This document shows positions 38,016 through 50,299 of a stretch of DNA of 64,000 bases, piece after piece. Numbering within the stretch: position 1 is the first letter of the stretch; the number at the start of each line of letters is the position of its first letter. A program made the position numbers and the translations under genes. This DNA is from Mobula hypostoma (Eukaryota). The notes below the pieces were generated by a model, which was not told the origin of the DNA, ran no database searches, and saw nothing but the letters and a program-made list of their open reading frames with translations. The DNA is taken from the NCBI RefSeq assembly GCF_963921235.1, contig NC_086108.1, positions 98,396,001 to 98,460,000 of the forward strand, read 5' to 3'.

Positions 38016-38258
38016 AAGTGGCTACTCAGCTTAAGGTACTAGACCTACCTGTAATGTGCATCCAAATACACCAATCATCAGCATGGCGATGGCTATGTAG
38101 TCGGTGAAAACATCCCACCATGGCTTCAGCACTCTGAACGCAGGTTGATGGTCGGTGAACTGCTTAAACTCCGTGACTGGAATCATTGCTCCTGCCAGAA
38201 GAAAATTAAAGATTTAACAATTAAAATACGTATAATCATAAGAGGACACATATTTGTG

Positions 38259-38480
38259 CAGCAGCATAGTGCAGCGATTAGTGTAATGCTGTTACAGTCC
38301 CAGCAGCCCAGTTTCAATTCCCGCCACAATCTGAAAGGAGTTTGTACCTTCGCCCCGTAACCGCATGAGTTTCCTCAGGGTGCCCTGGTTTGCTCCCACA
38401 CCCGAAAGACATACAGATTGGCGGGTTAATTGGTGACATGGGTATAATTGGGCAGCCAGAAGGGCCGGTTACTGTGAATA
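38259..38480 (+). mobile_element. V-SINE (HE1-like)
   Basis: tRNA-like head with B-box-like gtttcaattcc, and core tttcctcagggtgccctggtttgctcccaca. Confidence 0.7.
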
Positions 38481-40515
38481 CAGTTGAATTTTGGACAAAT
38501 TAACATGCACTACAATAGTGACAATCCTTCAGATGTACCCTGTTGATTATGAAAAATTCTAAGAATGCAAAAGCAACAATACAGTTGCAAATGTTGTACT
38601 TTTAAAAGTTGTGCTGTGAGAATTGTAATGTTTGCCAGCACTGGCTCACCAAAAGTTTTCCACTTCTGTTTAAGGATTTTGAGTGTTTCTATTTTAAGTG
38701 ACTAACAGATTGTCTTACACAGAAACATACTACTTTTAATTTGTATTTTATTTTCTATTTTCATATTTGAATTAAGCAGATTTATTTACATAAAGATTAA
38801 ATAAGCAGGCTGTCTGTTGCACGTTTCCCCAGTGACTAATCAGGCATCCATGGATCTCAAAATGTTTAACAACTGAGGGGAAACTTGCTCTAAATTCCTA
38901 GTGCTCTGTTGGTTTGTGTTGATTTATATTCCCTCCACCCTTTCAGGAGTTTTGATGTGTTTGCATGGATTAGAGACTGCCAACTGTGGGAAATAAATAA
39001 GGCAAGCCACAAGTAGCGGTGAGATGCTATTGGGGATGGACTTGAAAGTTTGAAGAGCACAAGGGGAGGTTTAAAAGGCAAGGGGACTGACAGGATGTCA
39101 CAACTCAGGATGGCCCCTATAAGAAAGAAAGATGAACATTAATGGGAGCACTTACCACTGCAAAAAGGAATCAAGAAAAAATAAGCCTGCAAGCATTTTG
39201 CTCTAGTATCCTAGCTAGAAGAAAAGTATCTGGGAAGAGTTTCTCTGATGCTGGCAGCAGTTATTACTTGCCTGGATTGACAATGATTAGTAAAGTGTCA
39301 AAAAGGAGACAAAGGACAGCGACAAACATTACTGAAATTTGGCATCAGAAGAAGTCTAAAATCTCACTTGCGGGCTAAGTATGGCAATAGGATATCAAAT
39401 ACTATGGATGAAGCCATCACAGCAAAAGTACATAGCTGATGCTTGAGAGAAACTTGATGAAACTGTTCCACAGAAGAATTGAAAAGATTAGATGTTCATT
39501 CCCCCCCCCCCCCACCAAGGCTATGGAAGAGCTAAAGATGTAGCAATTCAGCCTAAGAGCTGAAAACAATAAAGTCTGTCAGCACTTAGCTTCAGGAGGT
39601 CTGAAAGAAGCTTGTGAATTTTAGAACTAAACCTTTCGCAAATGAACTGGATAGTGAAGGAAGGAGCATAATGACATCAGGAAACAGAGCAAACACAAGG
39701 AACACCCTGAATTCAGACTCTTTCCATCCAAGACAGCATGGCGAAAGTACTTTCAGATGAAGTTAGAGAACCATAGCATGGGGGACTACTCATTTGGCAC
39801 TTGTTCAGATCCCATCTGGAAAGGATGATAGGCAGAAATCCACAGAAGCACATTAGTTCAGAAGTTTATGATGCCAGATCATAACTGGCACGCAATGCAG
39901 GAAGGGATGATATGCAGATGTCCACACATGCACGACATTAGTACTGAGCATGAATGCAAAAGTGATGACAAAATATATACTAATGATCCTGGAACCAACA
40001 AGAACATCCAAGGCGGTATGAGAGTTAGCTGAGTACACATCGAAGTATGGGCTGCAGGCAAAGTAGAGAGTGAAAATTAAGAGAGAGATTACTCAGCATT
40101 CTCTTCTTAAGCATGGCAAAAATATTGTTTTCTGAATGAGGTGGTGATTGGAAGCCAACGAGCGAATGACCTGGAAGCATGCAGCATCTTCGTGACAGCC
40201 AGATCAGTAGGGCAGGAGAAGTGGAAAGAAATTCTTTAGCAGGATTGTCACAGCTAGATTAGGATTAGTGAAGAGCATGCAGTACATATCTGGCATCTCT
40301 CTGCCACGCTGTGATTGGCCAGGCCTGGATGACTAATTCCATTTCTGTGCTGTCTTCTCCTAAAGATAATTTCTTGCGCTGGAGTTTCACTCCAAGAGCC
40401 TCCATCGTATCTTGCTTATCAAAGTCCTTGACCATGTGTGCCTATCAGATGATTGATGAGCCGGTGAAGGCTCAGCTTCCACCAACATCCTGACTGTCAG
40501 ATATTAGACGGGAGG

Positions 40516-40790
40516 CTATGGTAGCATGGCGGTTGGCGTGACATTATTGAAGCTCCAGGTGTCAGAGCCAGGAGTTCAATTCTGGCACCATCGGTGAGGA
40601 GTTTGTACATCCTCCCCATGACTGAATGGGTTTCCTCTGGGTGCCTTGGTTTCCTCCCACAGCCCAAAGACGCAAGTGCTATTAGGTTAATTGGTCATTG
40701 TAAATTGTCATGTGATTAGGCCAGAGTTAAATAGACAAGTTGCTGGGCAAGCGCCTGTTCCACACCGTATCTCTGAAAAATTAAATGAAT
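40516..40790 (+). mobile_element. V-SINE (HE1-like)
   Basis: A/B-box-like head, and core tgggtttcctctgggtgccttggtttcctcccaca. Confidence 0.75.
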
Positions 40791-41469
40791 GAAGAAGGAA
40801 GTCAAGGAGATTTTGATCATCTCCTCACGTTTACAGTCAAAGGGCTTTAATGCAGAGGCCTCTGCAGAACATTGAGGCCAAAGGGAGCAAACCCTGCAGA
40901 AACTAGCTCGAGATGTTCTTAGCCTGCTTCACTGAGTACCCAACACTCCATATTCCAGCCACGGTATTTCTTGGTGGCTTCATCCCCACCATTTTCAATC
41001 ATTCATGACCATTCTTGATTAAAGGAAATGTCAGCATCCTTTCAGTATCTAGACTTTGCAGACATGTAACGCGAGTGATGCCCTTTTCCGAGTAATAGCT
41101 CCTGAACATTGCAGCATACACATTGCAAGAGGAATGGGAAGTACGCACGTGGGAACGACATCTAGCGGTTAGCCCATGCGGTTTCCAATCTGCCAAAAAG
41201 AAAATAAAAGCTCTTTTAAGAACAGAAATGAGAATAAATCCAAACAGGAGCCACAAGTGGTATAGAGTTGGAAATTCAGGCTTATTCATTGTAAATTTCA
41301 GGTAACAGGATTACAATGTGCTCCTAACAACAGTTCATTAATCCAAAAGAATTAAAAGTTAAAGCTACGATTGCTGTTAGGAAATGAATTTCCATCATTC
41401 TCATCTGGAAAAAGGTTCTTAAAATATCTTTGTTCACATTATGCTTTTTCACATGCTCATATGATCCAC

Positions 41470-41750
41470 CCCTGTGATGAGAAGTGTTTGATGTCTCTGC
41501 ACTTACTGGAGTTTAGAAGAATGGGGGGGGGGGGTGGTGGTTATCATTGAAACCTACCAAATATTGAAATGCCTAGACACAGCAGACGTGGAGAGGATGT
41601 TTCCAATAGTAGGGGAGTCAAGACGTTGGGTGAAGGTTGAGATGTTCTTGATTAATAAGGGCATCAAAAGTTAGGGGGAGAAGGCAGGAGAATGGAGTTG
41701 AGAGGGATAATAAATCAGCCATAATGGAACGGTGTAGCATACTCAATGTG
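41470..41750 (+). mobile_element. CR1 3' fragment
   Basis: LEFRRMGG...DVERMFPIVGES remnant plus 3' UTR. Confidence 0.75.
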
Positions 41751-42109
41751 CCATAAAATGTGCATTTAATGACATTGCTTTTTCACTACACTTCCAGTTT
41801 AGGAATTGTGAAACTCTTTTCAGAAGAAAACCTTGCTTAAGATATTCACTAATTTGGTTAAAAAGAATACTTCCAGGTTAAAAAAAAATTCTTACTCTTA
41901 TTTGACACAACCTAATTCTAATTCATGATAAAATTTCGGTGCAAGTATTACTGTGGAGACAAGTTTCTATTCAAGGTAGTAGTGTGATTCCTTGAATTGA
42001 GTACAATGTTCTAAGGGGCTTTAGGGTGGATTCCCTTAATGGAGAATGAGTGTACATGGCTTTGTTTAATGTGGGGAGGCTAAACTGTGAGCAGACACCA
42101 CAAGATCAT

Positions 42110-42380
42110 TAACAGATCGGGATCAGGGTCCAGTGACATGGAATGCAAGATAACTTCACTGCTGTAGCCTCCTTCGCATACATTGCCATTGTGATGTGTC
42201 ATCATCTTCTGCCAAATCCACCGCTGAGGTCTTGGTTGGATTGTTCTGTCTGGAACCTCTCCCGTGATCTTATCATCATCGGTGACCCTACCAGGAACTG
42301 ACCTCCAGACAAAATCACTCTCATGATATCAGAAATACACAAACCTCTCCACCACCACGAGATGACGATCCTCGGAGAAG
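42110..42380 (-). mobile_element. RTE-clade (Rex3/Expander-like) 5' UTR-derived short element
   Basis: Reverse complement shares motifs with 63022-63440 (ctcc.agga.c..ca.ct, ggtagg.tcacc). Clade assignment is from recalled RTE 5' UTR motifs. Confidence 0.45.
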
Positions 42381-43194
42381 CTGTTCAGAGTAACCATGCA
42401 GGGAGTATGCTAAAGGACAGAAGCCAATGGCATTTGTTCATCTTAGGTGGTTTCCACCAATCAGCTGGACTTTGGTAGAACTACAAACCTTGTTGAAATG
42501 CCAGTTCCCAGCTGATTGTCCCAACTATCACAAATCCCCAGCCAGACCTCAATTTAAACACAACTTCTATCAATTTCCATACTTACCTACACAGAAAGTA
42601 TTGCCTCTTTCAAGGAGGTGGTTTGTGACTTTATAAATTCTCTCCTTCTATAACTCCAGCATGAATAGAATTATCAAAACCTGCAAAATAATAATGCACA
42701 AGTTTTTCTATAAAACTGTTAGAGCAAAAATAAACTACTCCATAAAATACCCTTTGACATTTTAACACATCTTTTCTTGGCTCAAAAACATCTCAGACGG
42801 AGAAGAATTACATATATGTTGTCAATGTACACTCCAAGTCAGCACATTGCTACTTGATCACTGGATCATGCATTTAACCCATTGAAACTGTCTGATTCTC
42901 GGAAAGATTTCTCCATTTAGTCATACCCCCAAAGGCCTGCACAATTTCCCTTCATTATAAACCATTTTCCTTTAGATTCTGATTGTACCTCCATTTTCTG
43001 GATAATTTCAGATTCCATCCCCCTCAAACCTCCCTAATCGAATTTTTTTGGGAGGTAATAAATCTGATCTCAGCTCTTTTGAAACTTTCAAATAGATTAG
43101 GATTAGTTTTATTTGTCTCACGTAGACTGAAACATACAGTTTGTGTCAATGACCATCACAGTCTAAGGATGTGCTGGGGGCAGCTATGCTTCTG

Positions 43195-43722
43195 GCACCA
43201 ACATATGTGTGCAGCAGGATGTTGGAGATCTTTTACCAGTCTGTTGCAGTGACTGCACCTTCTTTGTGGATTTACCTTTACATTGATGCTGGTGATGCAA
43301 AAAGACTAAATAAACTCATCAGGAAGACTAGATCTGTCCTTGGCTACAACCCGGACTCTTTTGAGTTTGTGGTGGAGAGGAGGTCACTAAACAAGCTGTT
43401 ATCCATTATGGACAACCTGGCACATTCTCTCCATGACCTACTGAATAAGCAGCGGAGCACCCTTTCAAACAGACTCACTCAGCTCCACTGTCACAAGGAT
43501 CTTACAAGAAATCTTTCCTACCAAATGCAATAAGCATATACAACAGTTCATTTCTATGCAACAAGAGAACTCACACACAACAGTCTCTGTTTTATTATTT
43601 TGTAGATCATTATTGCACATTATTCTGTACTTTATTGTTAGTTAAGTCTTCACACTGCTGACTGTTGCTGCTGTAACAAAAGAATTTCCCATTGGGATCT
43701 ATAAAGTACTCACTATTATTAT
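43195..43722 (+). mobile_element. Rex1/Babar-type 3' fragment
   Basis: VCSRMLEIFYQSV...RLNKLIRK..SVLG...IMDN.AH.LH. Confidence 0.75.
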
Positions 43723-44199
43723 ATCATGCCGACTACTCACTGACCCTTATTTTTAATGTGGGAGAAAGAAACCCATGCGGTCATGGGGAAAACACACAAA
43801 CAGCGGTGAGAATTGAACCTCAATCGCTGACGCTGTAAGTTGTTACTGTGCTCCCCTCATTCCCGGACACTGCAATACTGCACCGATGTGTGAAGTCAAC
43901 GGAGCAAGCCCCTATTCCAGCTCTCTGGTTCCAAAAATCTATGTAATATATGTTCCCCGACAAGGATCATATCAGATAGTGAATTATTAACAACTGAAAA
44001 GCAAATTTGCTATCAAAGTTTTTCATCAGAATTTTAAACATCTCAGCCAAACCTCCCCTTGATCTTTTCTACCTTATCGAGAAAAAATTTGGTTCTGCTC
44101 TGTGACATACTAATAAATCTCCGCAGTTCTCTCCCTTATATGTTGAAAGCTCGAACTGAGCGCATTACTCCAGCTTAATTGTTTCTAGGGTTTGTCATA

Positions 44200-44465
44200 C
44201 AGTCAGTGCCCACTTTATTAGGTATACCTGTATAAAAAGCACACAGACATGGACAAGAGGTTCGTTGTTCATCTCAAACATCAGAACGGGGAAGAAATGT
44301 GATCTAAGTGACTTTGACCGTGGAATGATTGTTGGCGCAAGGCAGCGCGATTTGAGTATCTCAGAAACTGCCAATCTCCTGGGATTTTCACACACAACAG
44401 TCTTAATTTAAGAGTTTACAGAGAATGGTGCAAAAGAAATGTCATCCGGTGATATGCAGTTCTGT
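44200..44465 (+). mobile_element. Tc1-derived element, truncated second copy
   Basis: Left TIR and HTH remnant homologous to 20620-20940. Confidence 0.8.
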
Positions 44466-45026
44466 TACTGTTAGATCTTAAACACAGATTTTTTTTCCAG
44501 CTATTTAGCTAAGGTGGGTACTTACACCAGCACAATAAACACATTCTTACTCTAGTTCAGTCAGGGATGATACATAATCATACTTGGCAGGGTTGATCTA
44601 GCAAGCTTGAAGCTGAACCCACTCTCCAAGGGAGTGACCACCACAGCTCGGCAGTATGAATTTTGGCTGATCCCGTAATTGACGACAAAGTCTCCAGAGA
44701 GTAGAAGATTAGAGGTAATTCAAGTTGAGCTTATGCTCCTTTCTAATTATCAGTTTCATATCCCACATCTAGATAAGAGGCATAGATCGAGTGGACAGCC
44801 AGGGACTTTTTCCTAAGGCAGAAATGGTTAAAACAAGAGGCATAATTTTGAGGTGATTAGAGTATACAGTAGGGAGAATGTCAGATGTTCTTTACACAGA
44901 GAGGTGAAAGGAGGGAAGTTTAGGGGGCAAACAACAGGAATTCTGCAGATGCTGGAAATTCAAGCAACACACATAAAAGTTGCTGGTGAACGCAGCAGGC
45001 CAGGCAGCATCTCTAGGAAGAGGTAT

Positions 45027-45062
45027 AGTCGACGTTTCAGGCCAAGACCCTTCGTCAGGACT
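45027..45062 (-). ncRNA. Minimal type I hammerhead ribozyme motif
   Basis: Reverse complement AGTCCTGACGAAGGGTCTTGGCCTGAAACGTCGACT. Confidence 0.85.
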
Positions 45063-47068
45063 AACTGAAGGAAGAGTGAGTAAGGGATTTGAAAGTTGGA
45101 GGGGGAAGGGGAGATCCAAAATGATAGGAGAAGACAGGAGGGGGAGGGATGGAGCCAAGAGCTGGACAGGTGATTGGCAAAAGGGATGCGAGAGGATCAT
45201 GGGACAAGGAGGTCCGGGAAGAAAGACAAGGTGGGCAAGGGGTATATTCAGAGGGACAGAGGGAGAAAAAGGAGAGTGAGAGAAAGAATGTGTGTATAAA
45301 AATAAGTAACAGATGGGGTACGAGGGGGAGGTGGGGCATTAGCGGAAGTTAGAGAAGTCGATGTTCATGCCATCAGGTTGGAGGCTACCCAGACGGAATA
45401 TAAGGTGTTGTTCCTCCAACCTGAGTGTGGCTTCATCTTTACAGTAGAGGAGGCCGTGGATAGACATGTCAGAATGGGAATGGGAATGGGATGTGGAATT
45501 AAAATATGTGGCCACTGGGAGATCCTGCTTTCTCTGGTGGGCAGAGCGTAGGTGTTCAGCAAAGCGGTCTCCCAGTCTGCGTCGGGTCTCGCCAATATAT
45601 AGAAGGTCACATCGGGAGCACTTGTCGCAGTATATCACCCCAGCCGACTCACAGGTGAAGTGTTGCCTCACCTGGAAGGACTGTTTGGGGCCCTGAATGG
45701 TGGTAAGGGAGGAAGTGTAAGGGCATGTGTAGCACTTGTTCCGCTTACACGGATAAGTGCCAGGAGGGAGATCAGTGGGGAGGGATGGGGGGGGACCAAT
45801 GGACAAGGGAGTTGTGTAGGGAGCAATCCCTGCGGAATGCAGAGGGAGGGGAGGGAAAGATGTGCTTAATGGTGGGATCCCGTTGGAGGTGGCGGCAGAA
45901 GTCACCATATTACCACCCCACCAGCTTCCGGGTCCAACATATTATTCTCCGTACTTGCAAAAACGCCATCCCCTTCTCGCAATTCCTCCGTCTCCGCCGC
46001 ATCTGCTCTCAGGATGAGGCTTTTCATTCTAGGACGAGGGAGATGTCTTCCTTTTTTAAAGAAAGGGGCTTCCCTTCCTCCACTATCAACTCTGCTCTTA
46101 AACGCATCTCCCCCATTTCACGTACATCTGCTCTCACTCCATCCTCCCACCACCCCACTAGGAATAGGGTTCCCCTGGTCCTCACCTACCACCCCACCAG
46201 CCTCCGGGTCCAACATATTATTCTCTGTAACTTCCGTCACCTCCAACGGGATCCCACCACTAAGCACATCTTTCCCTAACCCCGCCCCCCCTGCATTCCG
46301 CAGGGATCGCTCCCTACACAACTCCCTTGTCCATTCGTCCCCCCCATCCCTCCCCACTGATCTCCCTCCTGGCACTTATCCGTGTAAGCGGAACAAGTGC
46401 TACACATGCCCTTACACTTCCTCCCTTACCACCATTCAGGGCCCCAAACAGTCCTTCCAGGTGAGGCATCACTTCACCTGTGAGTCGGTTGGGGTGATAT
46501 ACTGTGTCCGGTGCTCCCGATGTGGCCTTTTATATATTGGCGAGACCCGACGCAGACTGAGAGACCGCTTTGCTGAACACCTACGCTCTGTCCGCCAGAG
46601 AAAGCAGGATCTCCCAGTGGCCATACATTTTAATTCCACATCCCATTCCCATTCTGACATGTCTATCCACGGCCTCCTCTACTGTAAAGATGAAGCCGCA
46701 CTCAGGTTGGAGGAACAACACCTTATATGCAGCCTGGGTAGCCTCCAACCTGATGGCATGAACATCGACTTCTCTAACTTCCGCTAATGCCCCACCTCCC
46801 CCTCGTACCCCATCAGTTACTTACTTTTATACACACATTCTTTCTCTCACTGTCCTTTTCCTCCCTCTGTCCCTCTGAATATACCCCTTGCCCATCCTCT
46901 GGGTTCCCCCCCCACTGTCTTTCTTCCCGGACCTCCTGTCCCATGATCCTCTCGCATCCCTTTTGCCAATCACCTGTCCAGCTCTTGGCTCCATCCCTCC
47001 CCCTCCTGTCTTCTCCTATCATTTTGGATCTCCCCCTCCCCCTCCAACTTTCAAATCCCTTACTCGTT

Positions 47069-47104
47069 AGTCCTGACGAAGGGTCTCGGCCTGAAACGTC
47101 GACT
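47069..47104 (+). ncRNA. Minimal type I hammerhead ribozyme motif
   Basis: AGTCCTGACGAAGGGTCTCGGCCTGAAACGTCGACT. Confidence 0.85.
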
Positions 47105-47424
47105 GCACCTCTTCCTGAAGTTTAGTGGGGATGTCTTTAAATATAGAGCACTGGGTGCAGGGACTGCCCGGCCAGGGGTGGTGGTAGAACCTCTTAGGTA
47201 GACACATGGATGATAGGAAAAATGGAGGGCAATGTAGAAGGGAAAGGTTAGGTTGACTTTAGAGTAGGTTTCACGGTCGGCACAACACCGTAAGCTGAAG
47301 GGCCTGTACTCTGCTGTAATGTTCATTGTTCTATCCCTCCCATCACATACTCACTTCCACCATACAGGTTTCAGATGGGTACATGCACACCCCATGCTTC
47401 CTCTCCACTCTCACCATGACCCTC

Positions 47425-48235
47425 ATAGAGTCATAAAGCATCACAGCACAGAAATAAGCCCTTCATCCCATCTAGTCTATGCCGTACTAGTCCCATTGGC
47501 CTGCACCTGGACCGTAGACCTCCATACCTCTCCCATTCATAAGTTATCAAAACTTCTCCTAAATGTTGCAAATGAACCCTCATCTACCCTGTCCGTTAGC
47601 AGCTCATTCCACACTCTCACCACCCTCTGAGTGAAGAAATTCCCCCTCTGGTTCCCTCATATATTTCACCTTTCACCCCTAACCTATGACATCTAGTTCT
47701 CATCTCACCCAACCTCAGTGTTAAAAGCCTACTTACATTTACCCTTTCTATATCCCTCATTATTTTGCGTTACTGTCCCTCTCCACACCTAGTGGCGCAT
47801 TGGGCAGCAGCTTTGCCCTTTCTTATAGTCATAGTCATAGTCATACTTTATCGATCCCGAGGGAAATTGGGTTTCGTTACAGTTGCCGCAACCAAGAATA
47901 GAGTATAAATATAGCAATTCTTCAGCATCGGTCTGCTTTTTACGAGACTAAGTGGCTAGATCGATGCTCCACTCAGCCCAGGTGGAGAGTGTGCAAGGAG
48001 CCAGCTGGATTCGAACCTGACACCACTCGCTTCGAGATCCAGTGCAGATGCCACTATACCATCGGCTGGTATAATCTTGTACACCTCTATCAAGTCTCCC
48101 TCATTCTCTTACAATCCAGGGAATAAAATCTTAACCTATTGAACCATTCCCTATAGCTCATGTCCTCGAGTCCTGGCAATATCTTTGTAAATTCTCTCTG
48201 CATTCTTTCAATCTTATTGTTATTTTTCCTCTAGG
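47425..48235 (-). mobile_element. CR1 3' fragment interrupted by a SINE
   Basis: catagagtcata tail; the RT C-terminal remnant resumes at about 48070. Confidence 0.7.
47785..48068 (-). mobile_element. tRNA-derived SINE, with a short LINE 3' end nested at 47825-47917
   Basis: Minus strand has A box TGGTATAGTGG and B box GGTTCGAATCC. The nested piece has an (ATAGTC)n tail and TTCTT flanks. Confidence 0.75.
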
Positions 48236-48507
48236 TCTTTCATGTCTTTCTCCTATCAGAGACCCCTGATGATTTGCTGATGTTTTTTTGAGGACACTGA
48301 CTGTGTATGTCTGTCCAGTTCATCTGACTGTCCTTACACAGCACTGGATGCTTTTAGAGATGTGACTTACATGAAAAGTGCGGACCCAGGACCAGGCCAC
48401 AGGGAAGGGACAACTTGATTGCCAGCTCTTGCAAAGCTTCTGCTTCACTTTCCCACCTGCGCCGACACGCAACACACCAGCAACTCACCAGGTCAGGCAG
48501 CATTTAA

Positions 48508-48856
48508 TTAGTCATAGTCATACTTTATTGATCCCGAGGGAAATTGGTTTCCGTTACAGTTGCACCAACCAAGAATAGAGTATAAATAAAGCAATATAAA
48601 TCCATAAATAATTAAATAGTAATATGTAAATTCCAGGAAATAAGTCCTGGACCAGCCTATTGGCTCAGGGTGTCTGACCCTCCAAGGGAGGAGTTGTAAA
48701 GTTTGATGGCCACAGGCAGGAATGACTTCCTATGATGCTCAGTGTTGCATCTCGCTGGAATGAGTCTCTGGCTGAATGTACTCCTGTGCCCAACCGGTCC
48801 ATTATGTAGTGGATGGGAGACATTGTCTAAGATGGCATGCAACTTGGACAGCATCC
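48508..48856 (-). mobile_element. Rex1/Babar-type 3' fragment
   Basis: MLSKLHAILDNVSHPLH...RKSFLPVAIKLYN; same tail as 47825. Confidence 0.8.
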
Positions 48857-48859
48857 TTG

Positions 48860-49190
48860 AGGAGGATGGACAGCCAGCACCCTTTTCCCTTTTCCCAGAG
48901 TGGCAATGGCTAATACCACAGGACATCATTTTAAGGCGAGTGGAGGAAAGTTTAGGGGAGATGCCAGAGGTGGATTTTTTTATATACACATCCTCGAGTG
49001 TCTAGAATGCACTGCTGAGGGTGGTGGTAGAGGCGGATACGATAGGGACATTTAAAAGGCTCTTAGGTAGGCATATGGATGAAAGAAAAGCGGAGGGATA
49101 TGGGCTAAGTAGGGGATTGATTGTAGAGTAAGTTAAGGGTTGACATAAGATTGTGGGCTGAAGGACCCATACTGTTCTATGTTCTGTACA
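48860..49190 (+). mobile_element. CR1 3' fragment
   Basis: NALLRVVVEADTIGTFKRLL remnant and a ttctatgttct tail. Confidence 0.75.
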
Positions 49191-49490
49191 TTTCCCCAGC
49201 TGCTGCCACATCAAAAGTTCAGTCTCTCAGAATCAGGCCAATTCCTTCCTGTCCTAAGTTCATTGGCCCTTTAAATACCTCTGGCATAAGGATTCTTCCT
49301 GTTGTGTAGACCTGTTTTCGCACCCACACTCCACAGTGTGTACAAGTTTGTTAGGGCAGGTGCCATTGCATGATTACTGACATCAGCACTGACCGTACAG
49401 AAAGGTGCACTGTCATGGGGTGTTTCAATATGTAAGTGGCATGCTGGTTAATTCTGTGAAAATATTGGGTCTTTACACATTGGAGTTTCT

Positions 49491-50220
49491 GTGCAACACA
49501 CACAAAATGCTGGAGGAACTCAGCAGGTCAGGCAGCATCCATGGAAAGGAATAAACAGGGGACGTTTCAGGCCAAGACCCTTCAGTAGGATGTAGAGGAA
49601 AGGGGAAGAAGCCAGAATAAGCTGGCGGGGTGGGGAAGGAGTACAAATGGGAAGAAAGGGAACGAGGAGGCTCACCATGCAGAAGGAGGTGAGAAGTGAA
49701 TGGGTGATAGAGGAGCCAGAAGGGGAATGGAAAAGGTGGGGGGGGGGTGGTGAGAAATTACTGAAATTTGGTGCAATTGATGTTCCTGCCACCGGACAGA
49801 ATCCGAGGTGTTGCTCCGCCAGCTTGCGAGTGGCCCATCATGGCAGTAGTGGAGGCCATGGACTGACGAATCGGATTGGGAAGGCAAACTGAAATGGGTG
49901 GCCATCGGGAAATCCTGCCTTTTGTGGCGGGTGGGGTTCCCTCTTCCTCCTATCACCTCCCAGCTTGCCACTTCATTCCCCCCCCCCACTCACCTGGTTC
50001 TACCTATCACTCGCTGGCTTGTATCTCTTCCCTTCCCCTCCCCACACCTTCTTATCTGGCTTCTCCCCACTTTCTTTCCAGTCCCAAAGAACAGTCTCAG
50101 CCCAAACGATCAACTGTTTATTCCTCTCCATAGATGCTGCCCGACTTGCTGAGTGCCGCCAGAATTTTGGGTCCTTTGCTCTGGATTTCCATCATCTGCA
50201 GAATCTCTAGTGTTTATGGT
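49491..50220. mobile_element. Older palindromic PLE insertion
   Basis: Minus arm carries QDFPMATHF...SVHGL (GIY-YIG C-terminus); plus arm ends in the same tail. Flanks TTGGA(G/A)TTTCT at 49480-49490 and 50221-50231. Confidence 0.8.
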
Positions 50221-50299
50221 TTGGAATTTCTCAGCCTAATAGGGTAAGACTCAGTCTGTCCAAGCAGTTACGTACACACACATAGAAACAAAGCTGAAC

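Larger units (their letters stand above)
44928..47116. mobile_element. Palindromic PLE insertion (minus arm 44928 to about 45903; plus arm about 45955-47116) inside a CR1 3' fragment
   Basis: Both arms encode GIY-YIG and end past a hammerhead motif. Flanked by GAAGTTTAG at 44915-44923 and 47117-47125. Confidence 0.92.

Noticed and set aside
39090..40495. Possible ancient LINE or exon-containing region
   Set aside because: Looks like decayed coding sequence, but I could not read any diagnostic motif.
47995..48068. tRNA gene on the minus strand
   Set aside because: A and B boxes are present, but it continues into a SINE body and I could not build a convincing cloverleaf.
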